Shown piece after piece: positions 9,726 through 17,272 of a stretch of 64,000 bases of DNA. Numbering within the stretch: position 1 is the first letter of the stretch; each line of letters opens with the position of its first letter. The notes under the pieces are model-generated. The model saw only the letters and a program-made list of their open reading frames with translations. It did no database searches and was not told where the DNA came from. A program made the translations under genes and the position numbers. Source of the DNA: Clostridia bacterium (GTDB taxonomy: Bacteria > Bacillota > Clostridia > Oscillospirales > CAG-272); contig JAFTKO010000043.1 of assembly GCA_017453205.1 (NCBI GenBank), forward strand, positions 3,454 through 67,453, written 5' to 3'.

Positions 9726-10096
9726 TGACAAAACAAGAATTTCTTGAATACTGCCTTGATACATACGGCACATCACCAGACTATCCGTTTGACGAGGATT
9801 TTGAGACGGCGGTGCTGAGGCACACGGACAATCGCAAGTGGTATGCGATTGTGATGAAGGTCTCGCGGTGCAAGTTTGGGTTTGACAGCGACGAGTTAAT
9901 CGACGTTGTCAATCTCAAGCTGCCGACGGAAATGTTCGGTTCGTTCGGTGCAGCGGACGGAGTATATCCAGCGTATCATATGAATAAGCTTCATTGGATT
10001 TCGGTGCTACTGCCCGATGCGCCTGAGGACGTGGTGCAGTTTCTCGTGAACGTAAGTTTTGAAGCCACAAAATCAGTTAAGAAAAGGGCAAAATAG
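9725..10096 (+). CDS. MmcQ/YjbR-family protein
   Basis: TAATG overlap with the upstream stop. YPFDEDFETAVLRHTDNRKWYAIVM and AYHMNKLHWISV are typical of YjbR-like proteins. It is more GC-rich than its neighbours. Confidence 0.6.
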   Translation: MTKQEFLEYCLDTYGTSPDYPFDEDFETAVLRHTDNRKWYAIVMKVSRCKFGFDSDELIDVVNLKLPTEMFGSFGAADGVYPAYHMNKLHWISVLLPDAPEDVVQFLVNVSFEATKSVKKRAK

Positions 10097-10159
10097 TCAT
10101 TTATCATACCGATTTTGAGAATGTCACAAAAAAGGCGGAAAAAAGGCAGAGATAAGCCG

Positions 10160-10188
10160 ATGACAAGTTAAAGTAAATATGTTATAAT
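10160..10188 (+). promoter_or_regulatory. Sigma-A-type promoter with extended -10
   Basis: -35 ATGACA (10160-10165), 17-nt spacer, TGT-TATAAT (-10 at 10183-10188). Confidence 0.5.
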
Positions 10189-10194
10189 GGTAAT

Positions 10195-10327
10195 GTCAAA
10201 AAGTGTAAGCTTTGATCGGGGCGTGGAGTTCCGGTTTTAGCTTGCACTTTTCATTTTGGCGCAGGCATAAATAAAGAGCCGCTATCAAGGCGTTTTCGTA
10301 ACGCTTTCGATAACGGCTTTTTCTTAT
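10195..10327 (+). ncRNA. Candidate small RNA (promoter, 12-bp stem-loop, intrinsic terminator); family unknown
   Basis: Sits downstream of the promoter above. The stem AAAGTGTAAGCT (10200-10211) pairs with AGCTTGCACTTT (10239-10250) with one G-U. A long imperfect hairpin at 10278-10317 is followed by TTTTTCTT. There is no SD-preceded ORF. Confidence 0.3.
10278..10327 (+). terminator. Rho-independent terminator
   Basis: Stem GCCGCTATCAAGGCG / CGCTTTCGATAACGGC (imperfect, ~15 bp) followed by a T-run. Confidence 0.5.
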
Positions 10328-10729
10328 GCAATTTTTGAAACGAAAAATAATTTTCAAAAATTTTCGGAAACGTGATGAGATTTTGCGTCAAAATTCCCAC
10401 TGTATTAGTAAAGACACTTAAAGCTCCTTTGAAAAATCAGAAAAGCTTGGGTGAAAAAATTCAATTTTTTTGAAAAAAGGTATAAAAATCGAGAGTTTTA
10501 AGTGTGGTTACAGTTGAAAGGCAAATAAATCTGCCTTTCTCCAAACTCAGATTTTAAGCTCGATCTGAGTGAGGTAATAGAAAGCTTGAAAGGAGGTGAA
10601 CACAGCAGTTTTCTATCAATACAGACATGAGTTTAAGACAAAGACAAGCATTAAAATTCCATCAGGACAAACGGTATCTGAATATCAAAAGAGCCACGCG
10701 TCAATAATTCAATGAAAGGAGTGAGCTGT

Positions 10730-10966
10730 ATGGAAATAAATGTTTATGACAACAAAAAATACGTATCGATATGGCTCACTCGCGGTGAGTCACGTGACAA
10801 TGCGCTTCGCGAAGATCTGAAACCGATCTACCAAAAATACAAGGCAATGGACTATAAGGTTGTGGTTTTTGAATCCGGCAACGGCGATCTGACTACGCTT
10901 ACCCAAAGTCTTCTTTCCTACAATCATCTGCTCAATGCACGCAAGGAGGCATCAGCGGATGGATAA
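10730..10966 (+). CDS. Hypothetical 78-aa protein immediately upstream of the recombinase (possible excision cofactor, speculative)
   Basis: AAAGGAG 7 nt upstream of the ATG at 10730. No family recognised. Confidence 0.45.
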   Translation: MEINVYDNKKYVSIWLTRGESRDNALREDLKPIYQKYKAMDYKVVVFESGNGDLTTLTQSLLSYNHLLNARKEASADG

Positions 10967-10994
10967 ACAATATTGTAAACATTTTTCTGTCATA

Positions 10995-11023
10995 TTGACT
11001 TGAAAACGAAAATATGTTACAAT
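10995..11023 (+). promoter_or_regulatory. Sigma-A-type promoter with extended -10 for the recombinase gene
   Basis: -35 TTGACT (10995-11000), 17-nt spacer, TGT-TACAAT (-10 at 11018-11023). AAAGGAG precedes the ATG at 11056. Confidence 0.5.
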
Positions 11024-11055
11024 GTTGTTAGCGATAACAAGAAAGGAGATATAAA

Positions 11056-13281
11056 ATGGTAGAAAGATACAAAATTGCCGCTTATACCCGTATTTCGGTG
11101 GACGTTGAGAAAGACACCGACAACACGAGTATCGAGAACCAAAAGGCAATTATTGCTGAGTATTGTAAGACTCACTTTCCAACGAGTACGGTGGATTACT
11201 ATGAAGACCGTGATAAATCCGGATATACGTTTAATCAGCGTCCGTGTTATTATTACGAGCTTCGTCCGAAGCTGATGAGCGGTGAGTATGATATTTTGAT
11301 CATCAAGGATCTGAGCCGTTTTTCTCGCCGTACAGGAAAGGGACTTGCCGAGTTTGAGGATCTTGTTGAAAATAATCTTCGCATCATTTCGATTGGTGAA
11401 TCCATCGATTACGAGGAGGGCAAGACCGACGACTGGTTGCAGATAAAGCTCTATTTCTTCGTTAACGAAATGCCCGTAACCGATGCCAGCAAAAAGGTAT
11501 TGGCAGTCATCGCAAACCGTCAGAAGAAGGGTGAGTGGGTCTGTTCGGTTCCTTACGGCTACGTAATGAAGAACACCAAAAAGATGATCTACGAGATTGA
11601 CGAGCCTGCCGCTGAGGTGGTTCGCGAGATCTTCCGCCTCTACATAAGTGGTTGGGGGTACAAGAGAATCGCCAATCATCTGACCGATAAAAAAATCCCA
11701 ACGCCGAGAATGTGCGAGAAAGCTCGCAAGGAGGCGATGGGAGATGAGTATCATGCGAAGGTTCGTGAGGAGTGGAGCATCATAACGGTATCGGAGATAC
11801 TCTGTAATGATTTCTATATCGGCACGCTTCGTTGCAAGAAATTTCAGCGGCAGAGGATCAATGGTCCCGACGTACCCGTTCACGAAAGCCAGCATATCGT
11901 TTTTGAGAACCATCATACGCCTATCGTTGACTCACGCACATTTATGACGGCGAAAGAGCAGCTGGAGCGCAGAAAGAAAGATCACTATCGCGGAGTAAAG
12001 AAAAACGAGAATAACTATTCCGGTTTCTTGATTTGCGGTGATTGCGGTTCTCCGATGTTTGCGAGAAATCGAGAGACTCTGAACGATGCCTACGTTTGCG
12101 GAAGGTATCACAGAAGAGGGCTGAAGGGATGCAAGGCTCACACGGTTAAGGTCGATTTTCTTGATGAAGTATTGAAGGAATATATCCGAAAGATCCGCGA
12201 TAATTCCGCTTCGATGATTGATGTTTTGAAGGATGCTATCAAAAACGAAGATCAGCGTACCGCTAACGGAAAGGAAGCCGCCGAGACTCTTATTGCGGAA
12301 ATTGAGGAGGAGCGCGACGTGCTTCGTTCCTTGGTAAAGCAAAGAGCCAAGGAGCTTGCAAGATCGGGCGAGGGATCCATTATGGTTGAATCCTACGATA
12401 TGGAGATTGACAGTTCCAGAAACCGTATTGAGGGCTTGCAAAATCAGCTTGAAATGGTGGCAAACACAACCAACACGATGGTTCGAGTTAATCGCGTTGC
12501 CAAGACCGTCATTGACGTTTTTAACGACATTTTGGAAAAGGATCACCTTGACAAGAACGATATCAACCTGATTATCAGTCACATGGTTGTTTTTGAGGAT
12601 CATATCGAGATCAAGCTGAAGGCGGAGATCGATGAGCTTCTAAGAACGGGTACGATCGAGCAGCTGAAACAGAATGAGGAAAGCGGAGCAGCCGTAAATT
12701 TTGACAAAGACACGGAAAATATCGAAAGCGCCGACGATTTCTATGAAATCGAGGCAGTACAGCGTGCAAATAAGCAGCATGACAAGGTTTTTCGTGTCAA
12801 TATTATCAGTGTGGGCGACCCGCTTGAAATCTATACTGACCGCGAAGGTGAAGTCATCTTTAAAAAATATTCTCCCATCGGCGAGCTCGCCTCGTTTGCG
12901 TCGCAATACGCCGAAACCCTGCACAAGACCTGTTCCCTTTCCGTCGTGATCTGTGACCGCGACGCCGTGATCGCTTGTGCGGGAGTCCCGCGCAAGGATT
13001 ACACCGACAAGGCACTCTCCGAGGAGCTGGAACAGATCATTGAGAACCGCTCTCTGTACTTCCACCGAGAGGACAGCGAGCCCATCCCCGTGCTTGCGGA
13101 AGGCGGAAGCTACTATGTCAGCTGTGCCATGCCCATCATCAGCGAGGGCGACATTGTCGGGTGCGTAGCGTCTGTTACCGATCAACCCGGAGCAGCGCGG
13201 CGCGAAGTTCCCGGAGGAGAAGTGGAAAGCAAGCTGATCCTTACCGCCGCCGGGTTTCTCGGCAGACAGCTGGAGAACTGA
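11056..13281 (+). CDS. Chimeric ORF: large serine recombinase (aa 1-586) read in frame into the spoVT 3' portion (aa 587-741)
   Basis: Resolvase N-terminus AAYTRISVD...IENQ, recombinase domain VPYGY, zinc ribbon CGDCGSPMF..YVCGRYHRRGLKGCKAH, then a coiled coil. From GDPLEIYTDREGEVIFKKYSPIGEL onwards it is colinear with SpoVT up to TAAGFLGRQLEN. Confidence 0.85.
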   Translation: MVERYKIAAYTRISVDVEKDTDNTSIENQKAIIAEYCKTHFPTSTVDYYEDRDKSGYTFNQRPCYYYELRPKLMSGEYDILIIKDLSRFSRRTGKGLAEFEDLVENNLRIISIGESIDYEEGKTDDWLQIKLYFFVNEMPVTDASKKVLAVIANRQKKGEWVCSVPYGYVMKNTKKMIYEIDEPAAEVVREIFRLYISGWGYKRIANHLTDKKIPTPRMCEKARKEAMGDEYHAKVREEWSIITVSEILCNDFYIGTLRCKKFQRQRINGPDVPVHESQHIVFENHHTPIVDSRTFMTAKEQLERRKKDHYRGVKKNENNYSGFLICGDCGSPMFARNRETLNDAYVCGRYHRRGLKGCKAHTVKVDFLDEVLKEYIRKIRDNSASMIDVLKDAIKNEDQRTANGKEAAETLIAEIEEERDVLRSLVKQRAKELARSGEGSIMVESYDMEIDSSRNRIEGLQNQLEMVANTTNTMVRVNRVAKTVIDVFNDILEKDHLDKNDINLIISHMVVFEDHIEIKLKAEIDELLRTGTIEQLKQNEESGAAVNFDKDTENIESADDFYEIEAVQRANKQHDKVFRVNIISVGDPLEIYTDREGEVIFKKYSPIGELASFASQYAETLHKTCSLSVVICDRDAVIACAGVPRKDYTDKALSEELEQIIENRSLYFHREDSEPIPVLAEGGSYYVSCAMPIISEGDIVGCVASVTDQPGAARREVPGGEVESKLILTAAGFLGRQLEN
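12814..13281 (+). pseudogene. spoVT: spoVT 3' fragment (lacks about the first 30 codons of the AbrB-type DNA-binding domain)
   Basis: 155 aa colinear with B. subtilis SpoVT, recalled from memory, from ...EGDPLEIFVDRDGEVILKKYSPISELGDFAKEYA... to ...TAAGFLARQMEQ. It has no start codon or RBS of its own. Confidence 0.8.
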
Positions 13282-13294
13282 CGTCAAAACAATA

Positions 13295-13329
13295 GGGACG
13301 CCTCGTTTTTGCGAAGCGCCCCTTATTTT
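13295..13329 (+). terminator. Rho-independent terminator after spoVT
   Basis: GGGACGCCTCG / CGAAGCGCCCC stem followed by TTATTTT. Confidence 0.5.
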
Positions 13330-13479
13330 CTGGAATAATTTTTATTCTTAATCAAAATTATCCATAGAATAAAGCTTTTGATACGGAGCATACTAACAAC
13401 AGCCGGAGAATTTTATTCAATATTCACGTCCTGCCGTTTCATATTCGCGGCAGGTCACAATCCGACTCGGAAAGGAGTT

Positions 13480-13701
13480 ATGGTTATGATCATGGATCGC
13501 ATTGCGCTCATCCTTACCATTCTCGGTGCCCTCAACTGGGGCAGCATCGGTCTGTTCCAATTCGACATCGTGGCATGGATCTGCGGCGGACAGGCCTCTC
13601 TGCTCAGCCGTATTATTTATACCGTGATCGCGCTTGCGGGTATCTGGTGTATTTCGCTCGTGTTCCGCGCCCGCGACAGCTTTGACCAGATTGAGGAATA
13701 A
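13480..13701 (+). CDS. DUF378-family small membrane protein
   Basis: DRIALILTILGALNWGSIGLFQFDIVAWICGG is typical of DUF378. GGAAAGGAG lies upstream. The start could be 13480, 13486 or 13492. Confidence 0.7.
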   Translation: MVMIMDRIALILTILGALNWGSIGLFQFDIVAWICGGQASLLSRIIYTVIALAGIWCISLVFRARDSFDQIEE

Positions 13702-13720
13702 TCAATCCTGCGCTGTTTAA

Positions 13721-13761
13721 AATAAGAGGCTGACTCAAAAACCATGAGTCAGCCTCTTATT
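13721..13761. terminator. Perfect 14-bp hairpin, bidirectional terminator
   Basis: AAGAGGCTGACTCA / TGAGTCAGCCTCTT, flanked by A and T runs. Confidence 0.6.
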
Positions 13762-13854
13762 ACATCAAGTATGTTTGGTTAGCAACTCCATTTTTGTCCG
13801 CTTTTTTATTTTCTACTTCATATACTGAAAGCAGAACGAAAAAGGAGCCGACCT

Positions 13855-14478
13855 ATGGAAAACATTCTGCTTGATCTGTTCAAATCCTGTCTTTCGCAAA
13901 GCTACAACGAGGTGGAAAACGGCGGGAGCTTCGCGTGCGAGAGACACGGTGACACTCTTTATATTTGGTTCGAGCAAAGCCACGGCATCACCGACTGGCT
14001 CAATAACCTCCGTTTTGCCGCCGCGCCCTATCGGGAAATGGAACCTGTTTGGCAATGTCACGCAGGCTTTCTCAAGGTTTGGAAAAGTGTCAAGCCCTAT
14101 CTTGAGCCCTCGATTTTGGACACCTCTGTCAAACAAATTTGTACGGTCGGGTACAGCCACGGCGCCGCGCTTGCCGTCCTCTGTCATGAGTTTATTTGGT
14201 ACCGTCGCCCCGATCTGCATCAAGGCATGTGCGGCTTTGGTTACGGTTGTCCACGTGTGCTCTTTGGTTGTGTCCCTCCCGAAATTGCACCTCGCTGGGA
14301 TACTTTTTACGTTGTACGCAACCTCGACGATCTTGTCACACATCTTCCGCCACGCGCCGCAGGATACTGCCATGTCGGCAATCTTGTGACAGTGGGAACG
14401 GCGGGAAAATATTCGTCGATCGATGCACACCGCCCCGAAAGCTATCTGGAGGAGCTAAAGAACATGGAAATTCATTGA
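13855..14478 (+). CDS. Class 3 lipase-family protein
   Basis: Nucleophile elbow GYSHGAALA (GxSxG) preceded by HAGFLKVW. AAAAGGAG is the RBS. Confidence 0.7.
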   Translation: MENILLDLFKSCLSQSYNEVENGGSFACERHGDTLYIWFEQSHGITDWLNNLRFAAAPYREMEPVWQCHAGFLKVWKSVKPYLEPSILDTSVKQICTVGYSHGAALAVLCHEFIWYRRPDLHQGMCGFGYGCPRVLFGCVPPEIAPRWDTFYVVRNLDDLVTHLPPRAAGYCHVGNLVTVGTAGKYSSIDAHRPESYLEELKNMEIH

Positions 14479-14496
14479 AAAGTCATAAGTATTTAC

Positions 14497-14525
14497 TTGA
14501 CAATAAGAAAAGAAACTGGTATAAT
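14497..14525 (+). promoter_or_regulatory. Sigma-A-type promoter upstream of holB
   Basis: TTGACA (14497-14502), 17-nt spacer, TGG-TATAAT (-10 at 14520-14525). Confidence 0.5.
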
Positions 14526-14555
14526 AAATAATGGTATATTATCATCATTGATACT

Positions 14556-14569
14556 GCCACATATGTGGC
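14556..14569. promoter_or_regulatory. Perfect 14-bp palindrome in the holB leader (possible operator)
   Basis: GCCACATATGTGGC lies between the promoter and the RBS. Confidence 0.25.
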
Positions 14570-14587
14570 GGAAAGGAGTGTCACAAA

Positions 14588-15619
14588 TTGAAGCCCGCTT
14601 TTACCGATGTCCTTGGAAATCTCGCTCTGCGAAACCGTCTTGGCGATGATATCCAAAACGGCAGGATCTCTCACGCTTATATCATCGAGGGAGCTTACGG
14701 AACGGGAAAACATATGCTGGCACTCCGCATTGCCGCCGCACTTGCGTGTGAGAATAAAGACAGTCCCGCCACGCCCTTGCCCTGCATGGGATGCCTTTCC
14801 TGCCGCAAAATTCTCGGCGGCAACTCCCCCGACGTGATCTTTATCAATCGCGGGGACAAGGCAACGTTGGGTGTCGAGGCGATCCGCAATTTAAAACAAG
14901 ATGTGTGCGTCGCGCCAAATGATGTCTCGGTCAAGATCTATATCATCGAGGATGCGCATCTGATGACTGTACAGGCACAAAACGCGTTTCTTTTGACTCT
15001 GGAGGAACCGCCCCCCTATGTGCTTTTCCTCTTGCTTTGCGAGAGCGTTACGCCCCTGCTGGAAACCATCCGCAGCCGCGCGCCAACGCTCCGCACCGAG
15101 CCGATCCCCGCGGAGGAGATCGGAAAGCATTTGTGCCGCGTCAACACCGACGCCGCTGGTCTTGCAAAAGCTTCACCAAAGGATTTCTCCGAGATCCTTG
15201 CCGCCGCGGATGGGAGCATCGGCAAAGCGCTGAATCTGCTTGACGCAAAAGCACGAAAGCCCATCATCGCACGCCGCGAGACCGCTCGAGAGTTTGTCCG
15301 TCTCTGCTCCTCCCGTCGTAACAGCTCCGCCGCTCTGCGTTTTCTCAACAGCTTGGGACAAAAGCGCGAGGAATTGACCGAACAGTTGAGCATCATTTTG
15401 CTCTGTCTGCGCGATCTGTTGCTTTGCAAGCAGACCGAACAAGCCCCCCTCTGTTTTTTCTCGGACCGTGAGGAGGCATCCGCGCTGTCCTACGGTTTTA
15501 CCACGCCGGCGCTCTTAGAACTGTGCGACCGTGTCTGTGATGCGATCTCCCGCTTGCGTGTGAATGCCAATGTACGTTTGACACTGACGGAGCTTGCCGT
15601 ACAGACAAGTCTGCTGTAA
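14588..15619 (+). CDS. holB: DNA polymerase III delta' subunit
   Basis: GRISHAYIIEGAYGTGK P-loop-like segment, Zn module CMGCLSCRKI, SRAPTL sensor. TTG start after GGAAAGGAG. Confidence 0.85.
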   Translation: MKPAFTDVLGNLALRNRLGDDIQNGRISHAYIIEGAYGTGKHMLALRIAAALACENKDSPATPLPCMGCLSCRKILGGNSPDVIFINRGDKATLGVEAIRNLKQDVCVAPNDVSVKIYIIEDAHLMTVQAQNAFLLTLEEPPPYVLFLLLCESVTPLLETIRSRAPTLRTEPIPAEEIGKHLCRVNTDAAGLAKASPKDFSEILAAADGSIGKALNLLDAKARKPIIARRETAREFVRLCSSRRNSSAALRFLNSLGQKREELTEQLSIILLCLRDLLLCKQTEQAPLCFFSDREEASALSYGFTTPALLELCDRVCDAISRLRVNANVRLTLTELAVQTSLL

Positions 15620-15702
15620 GCTCACCGTTATTTTGATAACCATACCGACAAAACTTGTTTGTTTTGTTGATTTGCCTATAGATAGAAAGGATCCCAAAAT
15701 TC

Positions 15703-17121
15703 ATGACAGACAACAATCAACCGATACAAAATGCCGAAGCCCGCGAAAACAACGCGGCAAAAAGCGGTAACCGTAACCAACGCAACCGCCACCGCCCACA
15801 TAACAAAGCAGGCAACCGTCCCCGTCCCGAAACGGCGGCGCAGGAGACAAAAGCGTCCGAAACAGTCGAGCCCGCGCAAAAGCAGCAGCACAACAACGGC
15901 GGTAAAAATAATCAGGGAAGCCGCAACCACCCCAAAAAGAACAACAACCCCAACAATAAAAACCGCGCTCAGCGTCCCGGCAGAGGGAATCGCCACGGTG
16001 CCGAGGGACGCCCCTATGACCCTTACGAAGCACCGAGCAAGGAGGAAATCGAGCTTTCCGAGCTTCGTGCAAAGATCGTTATGAAGGCAGCCGATGGCAG
16101 TGTCCCCACGGTCTACGGTACACAGTCCGAAAAAAAGCCGACACCGACCGCCACTCCCGCCGCACAGACCTCTGCGCCCGAAGCATCGTCAGCCGACACG
16201 CCCATGTCTCCCGCGCCCGATACCCCCGCTCCGGTCAATGAGAACGTCAAAAAAGTGGAGGTCATCGGCATTCGGTTCCGCTCCGCCGGTAAAATGTACT
16301 ATTTTGACCCCCACGGCATCAAAGCCAAAAAGGGGGACTCTGCCATTGTGGAGACCACAAGAGGTCCCGAGTTTGGCGATGTTTGCCTTGGCAACAGCAT
16401 GGTCAACGCGGACGACACGGTCGCGCCGCTTCGCCCCGTGCTCCGTATCGCAACCCCCGCGGATATCGCACGCAATGCCGAAAACCGCGAAAAAGAAAAA
16501 GAAGCACTGAAGGTCTGCCAACAGAAAGTGCGTGAGCACGGACTGGAAATGAAGCTGATCGACGTACAGTATGCCTTTGACGGCTCCAAGATCCTATTCT
16601 ATTTCTCCGCAGACGGACGTATCGACTTCCGCGATCTGGTCAGAGACCTCGCCTCGGTATTCCGCACCCGCATTGAGCTCAGACAGATCGGCATCCGCGA
16701 CGAGGCAAAGCTCCTCGGCGGCATTGGTGCTTGCGGCCGCTCACTCTGCTGTGCCACTTTCTTACCCGACTTTGCACAAGTCTCTATCAAAATGGCAAAG
16801 GATCAAAGTCTCTCGCTCAACTCCGCAAAGATCTCGGGAGTATGCGGGCGCTTGATGTGCTGTTTGCGTTATGAGGAGGATGTTTATCTGGAGGAGATCC
16901 GCAAAACCCCCTCCAACGATACGGCGGTGCGCACGCCCGATGGCGTAGGAACGGTGATCGGATCGAGTCCCTTGGCAGGTACCGTGCGTGTAATTCTCAA
17001 GGATCAGCCCGATACACCGCCCAAACAGTACCACCGCGATGATGTCACCGTGCTCTCCAAAGAGCGAAAGAGTGCACAAAATAACGAAAATAACACCGAA
17101 AAAGGCACAAAAAATAACTGA
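15703..17121 (+). CDS. ricT: PSP1-domain protein RicT/YaaT with a long low-complexity N-terminal extension
   Basis: PSP1 core VEVIGIRFRSAGKMYYFDP..., Cys clusters CGRSLCCATF and CGRLMCCLRYE. It follows holB, as in Bacillus. Confidence 0.85.
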   Translation: MTDNNQPIQNAEARENNAAKSGNRNQRNRHRPHNKAGNRPRPETAAQETKASETVEPAQKQQHNNGGKNNQGSRNHPKKNNNPNNKNRAQRPGRGNRHGAEGRPYDPYEAPSKEEIELSELRAKIVMKAADGSVPTVYGTQSEKKPTPTATPAAQTSAPEASSADTPMSPAPDTPAPVNENVKKVEVIGIRFRSAGKMYYFDPHGIKAKKGDSAIVETTRGPEFGDVCLGNSMVNADDTVAPLRPVLRIATPADIARNAENREKEKEALKVCQQKVREHGLEMKLIDVQYAFDGSKILFYFSADGRIDFRDLVRDLASVFRTRIELRQIGIRDEAKLLGGIGACGRSLCCATFLPDFAQVSIKMAKDQSLSLNSAKISGVCGRLMCCLRYEEDVYLEEIRKTPSNDTAVRTPDGVGTVIGSSPLAGTVRVILKDQPDTPPKQYHRDDVTVLSKERKSAQNNENNTEKGTKNN

Positions 17122-17176
17122 AATCACATCAAATCGCACAGTTTATAAATTTTTTTTGAAAAATTGAAAAAAACAG

Positions 17177-17204
17177 TTGCATTTCAAAAAAAATGTGATA
17201 CAAT
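17177..17204 (+). promoter_or_regulatory. Sigma-A-type promoter for the ferredoxin gene
   Basis: TTGCAT, 16-nt spacer, TGA-TACAAT. Confidence 0.45.
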
Positions 17205-17272
17205 ATAAGTGTAGGACAACCCGACACTTTGTGCCCGATTGCCCAAAAAATCTCACAGGAGGTACCGTACCA

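Larger units (their letters stand above)
1..12813. mobile_element. Right-hand part of an integrated element inserted in spoVT (skin-like or prophage-remnant-like); the left end lies upstream of the window
   Basis: AT-rich block containing only defence or accessory genes. It ends with a large serine recombinase gene that abuts a 5'-truncated spoVT at about 12814. Composition turns GC-rich at the same point. Confidence 0.6.

Noticed and set aside
10985-11025. Sigma-E-type sporulation promoter for the recombinase (TCATATT at 10990-10996 matches the -35 kmATATT)
   Set aside because: The sequence at the expected -10 distance (AATATGTT) matches CATACAhT poorly. A near-consensus sigma-A -35/-10 pair with 17-nt spacing occupies the same DNA. 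This cannot be decided from sequence alone.
11056-13281. Reading the 741-aa ORF as a genuine recombinase-SpoVT C-domain fusion protein
   Set aside because: The SpoVT-like part begins in the middle of the AbrB-type domain, not at a domain boundary. The junction also coincides with a sharp composition change. Insertion with accidental in-frame read-through (a one-in-three chance) is more parsimonious. It is kept as something to test.
15676-16510. Several overlapping ORFs in other frames and strands across the ricT 5' region
   Set aside because: They are produced by the compositionally biased repeat-like coding sequence of the RicT N-terminal extension. Only the frame continuing into the PSP1 domain is credible.
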